Below are positions 18,967-27,601 of a stretch of DNA of 64,000 nt, one piece after another. The DNA is from a bacterium (lineage in GTDB: Bacteria > Vulcanimicrobiota > Xenobia > Xenobiales > JADMJV01). The notes under the pieces were generated by a model, which had not been told where the DNA came from, ran no database searches, and saw only the letters and a list, made by a program, of their open reading frames with translations. A program made the position numbers and the translations under genes. Where the stretch lies: contig JASBRJ010000054.1 of the NCBI GenBank assembly GCA_030149525.1, positions 599 to 64,598 of the forward strand. Direction: 5' to 3'. The first letter of the stretch is position 1, and each line of letters opens with the position of its first letter.

Positions 18967-20048
18967 AATTTGAACGGATAAAGAGACTAGCGCGCGCTCT
19001 AGGCTGGGGCTCCTGGCGTTGGCTTGCGCTAGAAAAAAAGTTGGCACGCAAGGTCCGCCGGACAGCCGACGGCGCCTTAACCTTGTATGATGACCTCATC
19101 GCCGATTTCCGGGATGTCGTTGTTTCTCCGGAAGGAGAGCTCTTCTGCTCCAGTGAGTTGCTCCAAGGCATCGACTCGCTGAATCTCGTCTCACCAGCCT
19201 CCAAATACCCGCCGGAGTTGCGCCTGCCGCAGCCCTGGCTTGACCGTTGTCGACTGGAGACGACAACGAAGGCCGAGGACACGCGCGAGGGGCTCACGGT
19301 AGCGATTCCTCGTTGCGAGTGGCTCAACTACTATCACTCCATGGTCGACCTCTATAACTGCTACTTTCTCGCGCGATTTCTTGGGGAGGCGCCATCTCAA
19401 ACCCGGATTCTCTTCCTTGACAGTCATGGGAAGAGCCCGTTCGAAGAGTTATGGGCAGCACAGTTTAAAGAGGTGCTGACCACGAACTTCCTGGAGACAA
19501 ATGTCAGATTCGAACGGCTGGCCGTCGGGCCTATCAACTACGAAAGCCCTTTCGGCCCGGGTTTGGGGCCTTCCCCGCCCTACTTCGAAGACTTTTCTAG
19601 GCTCTTTCAGAATCGCGATCAGGACCCTGACCAGTTGACATTCGTCAGTCGAAGCTTGGCCAGGCAGAGAAAGCTCGCTAATGAGGAAGAGCTCCTCCAA
19701 TGCCTCCGAGAGCGACTCCCTCAAGCCAGGATCGAGTCTGTTCTCTTTGAGCACCTTTCACCGTTGCAACAGATCGCGCTCATGAGCAGAACCAAGCTCC
19801 TTGTCGGCCTCCACGGTGCGGGACTCACGCACTCGCTCTTCCTACCTCAAGAGTCCGGCGTCTTTGAGATGTTTCCCGGGGTCCTCCATGCTTTTAGGGT
19901 GAACTTCTACAACATTGCCATATGGCGGAAGTTGTCCTACCGGCGCCATATCGACTGGAGCCGTCTAACCGAACCGGCTGAAGGTGATAATCATCTGCCA
20001 GTAGAGAGGGTGGCGGACAAAATCGCCGCACACTGGAATTCTCTGTAG
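18963..20048 (+). CDS. Glycosyltransferase family 61 (DUF563)
   Basis: NYYHSMVD, RKLANEEEL, LVGLHGAGLTHSLFL, VFEMFP; overlaps the upstream stop. Confidence 0.85.
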   Translation: MKFERIKRLARALGWGSWRWLALEKKLARKVRRTADGALTLYDDLIADFRDVVVSPEGELFCSSELLQGIDSLNLVSPASKYPPELRLPQPWLDRCRLETTTKAEDTREGLTVAIPRCEWLNYYHSMVDLYNCYFLARFLGEAPSQTRILFLDSHGKSPFEELWAAQFKEVLTTNFLETNVRFERLAVGPINYESPFGPGLGPSPPYFEDFSRLFQNRDQDPDQLTFVSRSLARQRKLANEEELLQCLRERLPQARIESVLFEHLSPLQQIALMSRTKLLVGLHGAGLTHSLFLPQESGVFEMFPGVLHAFRVNFYNIAIWRKLSYRRHIDWSRLTEPAEGDNHLPVERVADKIAAHWNSL

Positions 20049-20060
20049 GGAAAGCTGACT

Positions 20061-21029
20061 ATGCAAAGCTCGCTCAACGCCTTAAAATCCTGGACTCGAC
20101 TGAGAATCTCCATTCTAGTGCAGTATCTTCAACACGCCCAGGCTTGGCTTAGAGACAAACTGAACCCACCCAGCTATTGGGACAAACCGGCTCGGGTCGG
20201 CGTTATGACTTGCACCCTCAATGAAGCAACATGCATCGGCTTCACCGTGGGCTCCCTTCTCGATCATGTGGACTTGTACGTGGTTATCGACACCGGGTCC
20301 ACCGATAACACGACCCAACTCCTCCGCGCTCTCTATCCCGAGGCTTTGAGCGAAGGGAAGCTCATTCTGGTGGAACTCGGTCCCTTGCCGGACTTCGACA
20401 TCAGCATAGCGAGAAATAAGGCTCTGAAAATCCTCCAAGAGCACAACATCGACCTTGCGTTCAAAGTCGACGGTGACGATGTCTTTTACGACGAAGGCGC
20501 CGCCTATCTTGTGAATCGAGTCCGAAAATGGTCACCTGAATTCGCTAGTTTCTATTGCGGAAACTATGAGCTTTACCAGTGGAAAGCCGAAGAGCGTGAT
20601 GCCTGGCTTGAAGCACTGGAGAGTCAAGCCGATATCTTTTGGACCATGGGTTTTCAACCGCTTCATCCTCGAGTCTACCCGGTGAAAGGTTCCGTAGCAC
20701 GAGGTCGTTGGACGGATGAGGCTCAAGGCCAGACTCCGGAAAACTTGTATAGCCGGCAAGCCGGGTCCCTCCGAAGAGGGACACTGAAGGTTTGCGCTGC
20801 CCACTACGGCTGGGCCAAACCGGTAAATGAGAAGATTCGCAAAGTGGAAATCTGGAACCCCGGGAAGAGCCTCGACCCGAGAGTCAAGACCATGCACGAA
20901 CGTTTCGACAGTCGATGGCCTCTCTCTCAATTTGAGAAACATCCCGAGATCGTAGCCCGGAAACTCCCAGCCGTCCGAGCCTTCTTCGCACGACTTGAGA
21001 ACGTCGACTCAATCCCAACCATCGAGTAG
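20061..21029 (+). CDS. Glycosyltransferase family 2 (GT-A)
   Basis: TLNEA, VIDTGSTDNT, ARN, DxD motif VDGDD, HYGW. Confidence 0.85.
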   Translation: MQSSLNALKSWTRLRISILVQYLQHAQAWLRDKLNPPSYWDKPARVGVMTCTLNEATCIGFTVGSLLDHVDLYVVIDTGSTDNTTQLLRALYPEALSEGKLILVELGPLPDFDISIARNKALKILQEHNIDLAFKVDGDDVFYDEGAAYLVNRVRKWSPEFASFYCGNYELYQWKAEERDAWLEALESQADIFWTMGFQPLHPRVYPVKGSVARGRWTDEAQGQTPENLYSRQAGSLRRGTLKVCAAHYGWAKPVNEKIRKVEIWNPGKSLDPRVKTMHERFDSRWPLSQFEKHPEIVARKLPAVRAFFARLENVDSIPTIE

Positions 21030-21686
21030 GGTCTTCAAGAAACTCTTATGGAAGTCGTTCCAGGACTTCATTTGATGGAGGTATTGCTGCTTCCAGATTT
21101 CTGAGATCTCGTTGTCCGCCTCCATCTTGATCTGTCGGATCTGTTCAAAGGATTTCCGGTTCTCAGCCATCATCTCTTGATAGATTTCCTGAATTCTATT
21201 CTGCGTCTGCTGACGCTCTCGAGCCTCCTCCATGAGCTTCTCGCTCTTCAGAAAAGCAGCCGCCTTATCCACCACGGAAAGAGTTTTGGAGAGTTCCGGA
21301 TCCTCCTGAGAGGCCTGACGTAGTTCGCGGCGACTGAGCCCTGGGTGAGTTTGTCGAAGCTCTTCCATCCCTCGACGATAAGAAAGAGCGGCCAGAAAAG
21401 GACGGGAATCCTTCTCACCGGCTTGCTTGTCTGCTTCCCGAGCGATTTCACCCTGATCGTTTGTGGTGAATTTTTCGGCGAAAGCCTGTCCAAACTCGGC
21501 AAAGAGTTCGTCCCTGTCCTTGACTCGCTTCGGAAAGCGTCTAGAGGGCGCTGAAATCTCCACCGAGTCTTTGCGCTGTCGGGTTTGAGAGGTCTGAATT
21601 TGAGTGTTTCGGGCGGCTTGCTGTTGGAATTCGGTCTTGAGCATTCGGTTGTTACGTATATGTGAGTGGAGTCTTTTGATATTCAT
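21009..21686 (-). CDS. Hypothetical coiled-coil protein
   Basis: 225 aa, Q/E/K-rich, N-terminal KDSVEIS segment. Confidence 0.6.
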   Translation of the reverse strand: MNIKRLHSHIRNNRMLKTEFQQQAARNTQIQTSQTRQRKDSVEISAPSRRFPKRVKDRDELFAEFGQAFAEKFTTNDQGEIAREADKQAGEKDSRPFLAALSYRRGMEELRQTHPGLSRRELRQASQEDPELSKTLSVVDKAAAFLKSEKLMEEARERQQTQNRIQEIYQEMMAENRKSFEQIRQIKMEADNEISEIWKQQYLHQMKSWNDFHKSFLKTLLDGWD

Positions 21687-21873
21687 ACTTCAAGGGTAGG
21701 TAGCGGTGGCTAATGCGTTGTGTCTAAATCGTTTCCGGCATGTGTGCATAATGTTACAAAGTTTTGAACGACCCAGGTTTTATGCGGTTTCTGCTAACAA
21801 GTGGAAGACAAGACAACGTCTGAGACCCAGGCGCAAGGCAGGCAGAGCGTCCGGGAAGTCGAACTTTGAAGCA

Positions 21874-23796
21874 ATGGCCGAAATATCGCCTCTCAAGACG
21901 TCTCAGGCTCCCTTTCTGCGGAAGTCCCAAACAAAGCCAGTCAAACAAGACAAGGCTCCTACGGCCTTGCCCACCTCTCAGGAGCCCAGCGAGTCGTTCG
22001 AGCCCCAGAATGCCGCTCTGCCGCTCAATTTCAAGCCACAGTCTTCGCCTCAAGCGCCCCCGGTCTCCAAGCCCGAGGCCGGGCAAACAGGGCCGCCGGC
22101 AACAGCCGCTTCTTCCTCTGCTGTCATCAGCAACGACAAGGCAGGCGGCACTCTCACCCTTTTGGAAACCCCATTAACGTCAACCGCTTCAACGGAAAAA
22201 GGCGTTTCTCTGGTCGACCTGTTCGGACTCGACGATCCCAAGACCAACAACGGTTCGGCTCAGCGCATGGCCAAAGCCGAGGCCACCTATTTGCAGCGCT
22301 ATCCGTACAAAGAGGGTGAAAAGGCGGACCAAACTCGCCGTGAACTGTCCGAGCGCTATCATCATCCCAAGAACTCCACCCAGGCCTTTAGCCAACAATT
22401 GAATGATTTCGCAGCCTCCCGAGGAGTGCAGAAGAAGGCGCCCCACGGTTTCGACAAGCCGCTTGCGGAGGTGGGCATCGAGCAGGTCAAGCGAGCCCTT
22501 GCCCCCACTGTGGACGCCCTTTTTTCCAATCGAGAGTTCAACAACAACCCGGACAAGAAGCAGGTGGTTTCCGAGCAGGTGAATCGCTTCCTCGATCTGG
22601 TGGGAGAAGCTGCTCCCAAAGACTTAACCGCTGCCGACGCCTTCAAGATCGCCCAGGACAACACCGTTCTGGTGGCCTATCAAGACCGAGCCGCCGGGGA
22701 AGTTTTCATGGGAGATCACGGTGTGCGCCACTTACTCGGGCACAATATTCGCGTCTGTGAAGAGTTGGCCGACAAGGCTGTTGCCAAAGGGGCGCAAGTT
22801 ACGGCCAAAGATCGACTCGTTATGCATCAAGCCATGGTCATGCACGACTTGGGCTACGCCATGGATACGGTCAAGAACGGGATTCAGAAAGACGGTATCG
22901 CCGGTCAGGAAAACGGTCACAACGTTCTGGCCGCTCGCGTGCTGCGCGACCAAACCTCCGATCCCGAGCATCCACTTAACAAGCTTTTTGAAAAGCGGGA
23001 TCTTGAGCATATTCATGCCTGCATGCTTCACCACGACCGGGATGCCGAAGGCAAAGCCGGTATCGATCTCAGGCTGACCTCTCATCCCACCGAAGAAGAC
23101 CGCCGGGCGAACCTGGAAACCATGGTTCGAACCGCCGACAACACCCACGCCTTCGACGACAAGCTACCCGAACTGCTTCTTCAGGAGCCTCGCTCACTCA
23201 AGAGTCTTCGTATGATTCAAACGGCCGCCGAGATCGGCGACAAAACACTTTTTCGGGAACTCCAAGACGACCTCAAGTCCATGGTAGAGCAGAGAAAAGA
23301 TCTCGCTCCCGACGATCGCAAAGCTCTGGCAAGCTCGGTTGGCACCATCGACGAAGTGGCCCACAAGTTCAACGCCCGAAGGATCGCCGGACGTAGACCC
23401 ACTTATGAGATCAGCGATTCCGGCCAGATCACCGTGGGCGTCCAAGAGTCACCCATCCACCGACCCGTCTCCGCCCTCTTCGGACTACCCGCCTACAAAC
23501 AGATGGAGAATTTTGTTGAGGACAACGCCAGTCGCGAAGTGAAGCTCCAGGGTGGCAAAGAGAGAATCGAAGGTGACGGGATCAGCGTGGAGCTGGACCT
23601 GGGCGTGGCCTCCAAAGCCTCCAACCGCTTTGAGACTCAGATCCAGGATCAGGTCTTGAAAGATCGCGATTTCACAAGATTCGCTCTCCTGGACGCCCAG
23701 CTTTCGAAACAACAAAAATTAGTCGACAATCCGGACAAAATCATCGCTAAGCGCCGCCAACTTTTGCAAGATTATCGACAAAGCCAGACAGCATGA
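21874..23796 (+). CDS. HD-domain metal-dependent phosphohydrolase-like protein with long low-complexity N-terminus
   Basis: GDHGVRH...MHDLGY...GHN...LHHD...TAD HD-superfamily residues; start moved to ATG 21874 (MAEISPLK). Confidence 0.65.
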   Translation: MAEISPLKTSQAPFLRKSQTKPVKQDKAPTALPTSQEPSESFEPQNAALPLNFKPQSSPQAPPVSKPEAGQTGPPATAASSSAVISNDKAGGTLTLLETPLTSTASTEKGVSLVDLFGLDDPKTNNGSAQRMAKAEATYLQRYPYKEGEKADQTRRELSERYHHPKNSTQAFSQQLNDFAASRGVQKKAPHGFDKPLAEVGIEQVKRALAPTVDALFSNREFNNNPDKKQVVSEQVNRFLDLVGEAAPKDLTAADAFKIAQDNTVLVAYQDRAAGEVFMGDHGVRHLLGHNIRVCEELADKAVAKGAQVTAKDRLVMHQAMVMHDLGYAMDTVKNGIQKDGIAGQENGHNVLAARVLRDQTSDPEHPLNKLFEKRDLEHIHACMLHHDRDAEGKAGIDLRLTSHPTEEDRRANLETMVRTADNTHAFDDKLPELLLQEPRSLKSLRMIQTAAEIGDKTLFRELQDDLKSMVEQRKDLAPDDRKALASSVGTIDEVAHKFNARRIAGRRPTYEISDSGQITVGVQESPIHRPVSALFGLPAYKQMENFVEDNASREVKLQGGKERIEGDGISVELDLGVASKASNRFETQIQDQVLKDRDFTRFALLDAQLSKQQKLVDNPDKIIAKRRQLLQDYRQSQTA

Positions 23797-24143
23797 CAGA
23801 AGAAGCTCTGAGGCAGCGTCTCCAAAACTGGATGAACGCCTACTCTCTTCCCACGCTCAGCGACCCTTCTCGAGAGAAAGAGCAAGCCGGCTACGAAATG
23901 CTCCAGAACTTCTTGCTCCTGCTCCTCATCTGCGACCAGGAGGCGCCGGAAACTCCCGAGCAAGCCTTGCAGAAAGTGGCCGAGGGACACTCCTGGCCCG
24001 CGAGTCAGTCTCCCGCCGAAGTAGCCCTGGCCCTGGGCCTGGGTGACCCCGACAGTGAGCTTTTTGCTCTTCAACAAAACTTGCTTGAGAAGGTGCCTGA
24101 GGAGCGGCGGAGCTGGCTTTGGCAGTATGGGTATCTGAGTTAG
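23793..24143 (+). CDS. Small hypothetical protein coupled to the HD gene
   Basis: ATGA overlap; 116 aa helical. Confidence 0.6.
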   Translation: MTEEALRQRLQNWMNAYSLPTLSDPSREKEQAGYEMLQNFLLLLLICDQEAPETPEQALQKVAEGHSWPASQSPAEVALALGLGDPDSELFALQQNLLEKVPEERRSWLWQYGYLS

Positions 24144-24157
24144 TTTATAGCCCTTAT

Positions 24158-24394
24158 GTGACGCGTGAAGCGATTCTAAAGGGGCTCTGCACCGGGCAGG
24201 AAGCGACTCTTCCAGTATTGGCACGTAGTGTTTCGGAAGTGACGGATCGGCGGGAGCGGATCTAGACTGCAGCAGAGATTCTCAAACTCACAGATGAGTG
24301 CTGGGGCAAAAGCCAGGACACGGAAATCGTTCAAATTAACCCTGATGGGACGATGACTTACGATATTGAATATTGGACCGGTGGTCGCCCATAG
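24158..24394 (+). pseudogene. Possible gene remnant with in-frame amber stop
   Basis: VTREAILKGL...RRERI*(TAG 24263)TAAEILKLTDECWGK...DIEYWTGGRP reads through in one frame; no family recognised. Confidence 0.25.
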
Positions 24395-24552
24395 GTTGCC
24401 ATTATCCTAAATTTGGGAACTCGGGCTAAGCCGGTACCGCGCCGCCAAGGGCTTCGAGCAGTACTGGCGCTGAATTGACTTGCATCTGGCGAAGAAAGGA
24501 GTCAAGTCCCTGAATTCAGTATCGATCAGTTAGCAAGCGTGGCAGTTTGGTT

Positions 24553-24867
24553 TCATACACCTGTAATAAGCAGATCTAATGCGGCGAGTATCTCTGTTCG
24601 AAAGTTAGAGAGATTCTCGACCTGGCTGCTCAACTCACGTACGGGTATACCAGCGAGTTGGGGGGTGACCGCCACATGGTTCTGGCCCTGAACCGGGAGA
24701 ACCGGCATAAGTTGGGAGAGGATAATCTCTTTGGACTCGGTTTCGACAGCGAGGGGTATCACCACACGAGTTCCAATTGAGTCAAGAAGCTCCGCCTGAA
24801 CGTCAAGTAGATAAGGGAATCTCTTCTTGGTGGAAGCGTTCTTGTTTTCATAAACATCGAATTGCAC
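24553..24867 (-). CDS. ccdB: CcdB-family gyrase-poison toxin
   Basis: MQFDVYEN...PYLLDVQAELL...TRVVIPL...EILAALDLLITGV. Confidence 0.92.
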   Translation of the reverse strand: MQFDVYENKNASTKKRFPYLLDVQAELLDSIGTRVVIPLAVETESKEIILSQLMPVLPVQGQNHVAVTPQLAGIPVRELSSQVENLSNFRTEILAALDLLITGV

Positions 24868-25112
24868 TAGAAGCTTCTCATTCCATCGCTGAACACGCCG
24901 TACTCTTCAACGTCCTGATTGTATTTGGCGATCGCATTCTTATTTTCTTCAAGCCAACTCTGAGCCTTAAGCTCTTTCACTTTCTGGGCCAATGATTGCT
25001 CCAGGACGGCAGAAAGGTTGATTCCCAACTGCTTAGCGTGGGCGAGTAGCTCGCTATTGACGCTCAGGTTCGCGGACTTCTTTGGCGCGCTCGAATCGTA
25101 AAGGTTAGACAT
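24867..25112 (-). CDS. ccdA: CcdA-family antitoxin
   Basis: KKSANLSVNSELLAHAKQLGINLS...WLEENKNAI...FSDGMRSF; adjacent to ccdB. Confidence 0.92.
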   Translation of the reverse strand: MSNLYDSSAPKKSANLSVNSELLAHAKQLGINLSAVLEQSLAQKVKELKAQSWLEENKNAIAKYNQDVEEYGVFSDGMRSF

Positions 25113-25147
25113 GCGCATATCTTATGCGCGCTCCAGTTGAGTGTCAA
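25113..25147 (-). promoter_or_regulatory. Sigma70 promoter of ccdAB with overlapping palindromic operator
   Basis: TTGACA-17 bp-TAAGAT on minus strand; palindrome GCGCAT-N5-ATGCGC (25113-25129) over the -10. Confidence 0.75.
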
Positions 25148-25171
25148 GAAAATCAGAACTATATGGCGTAG

Positions 25172-25652
25172 GTCGCGGTAGGACCACCGGTCACCCGGCG
25201 CCCCCCGCACAGATCAGGACGTGAGGAATTACCTCATCCGGCTCCTGCCTCAGGTAATGACGCCAAACTGCTGTGTCGGATAAGGATGGACGACTTTGGG
25301 ACGGGGGATGTATTTCTCCGCCAGGCGTGTGATTCGTTGCCAGCTACATCGGTGTTTCTGGCTTCTCCGCCGTAACGACCGACACCAGAGGCGAACCACC
25401 TGATGTCGGAACGACTCGAGGGCCCTAAAGTTCATCGGAATACCGTGATACTGAAAGTAACCTCGGACGACCTGATTCTGCCATTTCCCGACGTCTGGTA
25501 CGCGGTCATGCAGGCGGCGACGGAGCTCAAACTTGAGCTCCCGTAGTTTGTCTCGTTGGCGCTTCTTCATCGTTTTGCGGAGTACCATGAACGCTCCCTT
25601 GCGAGTCTTGCCACAGATGTGGGTAAACCCGAGGAAGTCAAAAGTTTCCGGC
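25172..25652 (-). mobile_element. 5'-truncated group II intron (RT C-terminus/maturase X domain, domains V and VI)
   Basis: PETFDFLGFTHICGKTRKG...LRRRSQK...HPYP; domain V GAGCCGGATGAGGTAATTCCTCACGTCCTGATCT; domain VI ending CCTACCGCGAC. Confidence 0.9.
25250..25652 (-). pseudogene. Group II intron reverse transcriptase/maturase fragment
   Basis: Only RT domain 7 and the X domain remain; YADD region absent; in-frame stop just upstream. Confidence 0.85.
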
Positions 25653-26330
25653 TGTACACGTTCCAGTCAGAATTCATATACCGAGCCGTTTTCGCAGAGC
25701 CGCTATTCGAGCTTCTTGACTCCCATTCGAGGATTTTCCGATTGGTCTATTCCGTGTGCACCCCCTTCGGCGCAAGTGCTCAGGACATAACCTACGAGGG
25801 CAATCTTAGAGAACCGGCAAGTGCGACAATTACCGGCAAGTGCGACAATTACCAGCAAATGCAGAACTGCTAGCGTGTCGTTGAAAGTACAGTTGACAAA
25901 TCTGCAGGTGCACTGGACGTATTCCCCGGGCGAAGATATTGCTCCAGCGCAAACTGTCGCTGAAAAAACGATCGAGTTACTTGGCGAGGCAGGTTTCTCG
26001 GTGCTTCCTCTCGGCACTCACCTTATTACTTGGGCTGGACACTTAAAGTTAAGTGACATCACGCCGTCAGAGTATCTATCTCGATTTGTCTCCGGAGTAC
26101 CCATAGAGTTAGGCGCAACCGAGCCAGTTGGCGTCGGTTTTAGCAAGGAAGCTACCGATGAAAGACTCGCTTGTGCGATTAATTTTCAACCATCTATAGC
26201 CGTGGAGGATGGCATCTACAGTCGGTTTGATTTACAATGGAGCGGACAGCTTGGCATCAGTGACGTGGTTGAAAAGACCCGTACAGAGGTCTGGAAGACC
26301 CTGAAGTCTTGTGGGTTGATAGAGAAGTAG
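25653..26330 (+). pseudogene. Hypothetical gene, 5'-truncated and frameshifted by a tandem duplication
   Basis: ORF 25556-25873 (…EGNLREPASATIT) and ORF 25821-26330 (PASATITSKCRT…) join into one frame when one 19-bp copy is removed. Confidence 0.65.
25813..25850 (+). repeat. Exact 19-bp tandem duplication ACCGGCAAGTGCGACAATT x2
   Basis: Read directly; followed by a partial third copy ACCAGCAAATGC. Confidence 0.95.
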
Positions 26331-26332
26331 CA

Positions 26333-26866
26333 ATGGTTATTGAAGCACAGAATTTAAGGTTAGAATTCGAGAACGGCAGAACCCAAGACCAATTGGCTCT
26401 ATTCCGGGTGAAAGAAACTCGGCGTCACGACTTTCTGGTTGATGAATATGGTCGGGGGCAACAAGCTTGTTTGACAGAAGAATTTGGAGAGGACGCACCT
26501 GTAAAACGTCGTTTACAGCCGGTTGCAAGTTCTGGAGTGAAAGCTCTTCTCAATCAGGGAAAGATTGAAAAGGCTGCACAGCTCTCGCAATCGTTACCTC
26601 GCGGAGCGCAGCTACGAGAGATAGCGAGTGTACTTGCTCCGCCTAAATTTCGATTTTCAAAGCGCCAAGAAAAGGCTAACCCAGCTCTGGATTACAATTG
26701 GCTTCGTGAAAATTATCAAGACTTTTGCGGTCAGTGGGTGGCTCTGAAGAATGGCCAACTCCAACGGTCGGCCGATAGCCTCCGTGAGCTAGTCTCTGGC
26801 CTGAGCAAACACGAGATTAGTGATTTTACGTTGGTTTATCAAGTTGATGATGCTCACAAGGTCTGA
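26333..26866 (+). CDS. DUF5678-like domain protein
   Basis: C-term DYNWLRENYQDFCGQWVALKNGQLQRSADSLRELV. Confidence 0.7.
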   Translation: MVIEAQNLRLEFENGRTQDQLALFRVKETRRHDFLVDEYGRGQQACLTEEFGEDAPVKRRLQPVASSGVKALLNQGKIEKAAQLSQSLPRGAQLREIASVLAPPKFRFSKRQEKANPALDYNWLRENYQDFCGQWVALKNGQLQRSADSLRELVSGLSKHEISDFTLVYQVDDAHKV

Positions 26867-27302
26867 TGGCACGTTCTTTTCCCGCGGATGCCTGCCCTAT
26901 CTCGACCAAAGACCTGATGAGCCGGATGGAAACTCTAAGATTCATTTGCCGGTTCGTTTTCTGAACAGAGACCTCAGCATCCGAACCCTGTGCCTGATTG
27001 ATACTAGAGCCGATTGGTCTGCACTGGACTGGAGCCTCGCACAGCAGCTGGGATGTCAAGACCTGCCTAGTTGTGGCGAAGTCACGGACCTCACCAGATT
27101 TGGTAGGCTTAAAGGTCAACTTTTTCGACTCGGATTTTCGATCGAAGCCGAAGAGGGAGAGTCGATGGAGGCCGAAGGTGCCTTTTGGGTATCCGAGGAG
27201 TGGACGACAGGTATATCAATTCTGGGCTTCAATGGCTTTCTGAGCCATTTGCGGTTTGCTGTTGACCCCTTCAAGAATCGTTTCTACTTCGGTTGTGGAT
27301 GA
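26847..27302 (+). CDS. Retropepsin-like aspartyl protease (catalytic motif altered)
   Basis: CLIDTRADWSAL...LAQQLG...SILGFNGFL; DTG replaced by DTR. Confidence 0.7.
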   Translation: MMLTRSDGTFFSRGCLPYLDQRPDEPDGNSKIHLPVRFLNRDLSIRTLCLIDTRADWSALDWSLAQQLGCQDLPSCGEVTDLTRFGRLKGQLFRLGFSIEAEEGESMEAEGAFWVSEEWTTGISILGFNGFLSHLRFAVDPFKNRFYFGCG

Positions 27303-27601
27303 CTTGGTCCCCTATAGGTCCCCAAACTGTGGGGACCAGTCCAGTCCGTCCAAAGAAGAATCTTGGAGAAGCCAATAACCACGGCGTTCAGGCTCGACCA
27401 TTGCGCACGGTTAGCTTACTGGACTCTAACATGGCGAATGTTCAAGTCAATCTTACGGCAAATCGAGATAGGCAGTGTTCCCAGATATGAACTTGACTTG
27501 GTCATTCGACATCCCCTGCTTGTTTGCGAATGCTTGGATTTCGGATGTGATCTTTGGGCCGAGGTCATAGGTAGAATTTTCCCGCTCTAGAAGATTCAGG
27601 A

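Noticed and set aside
24480-24552. Possible integron attC site next to ccdAB
   Set aside because: No convincing RYYYAAC...GTTRRRY hairpin and no integrase
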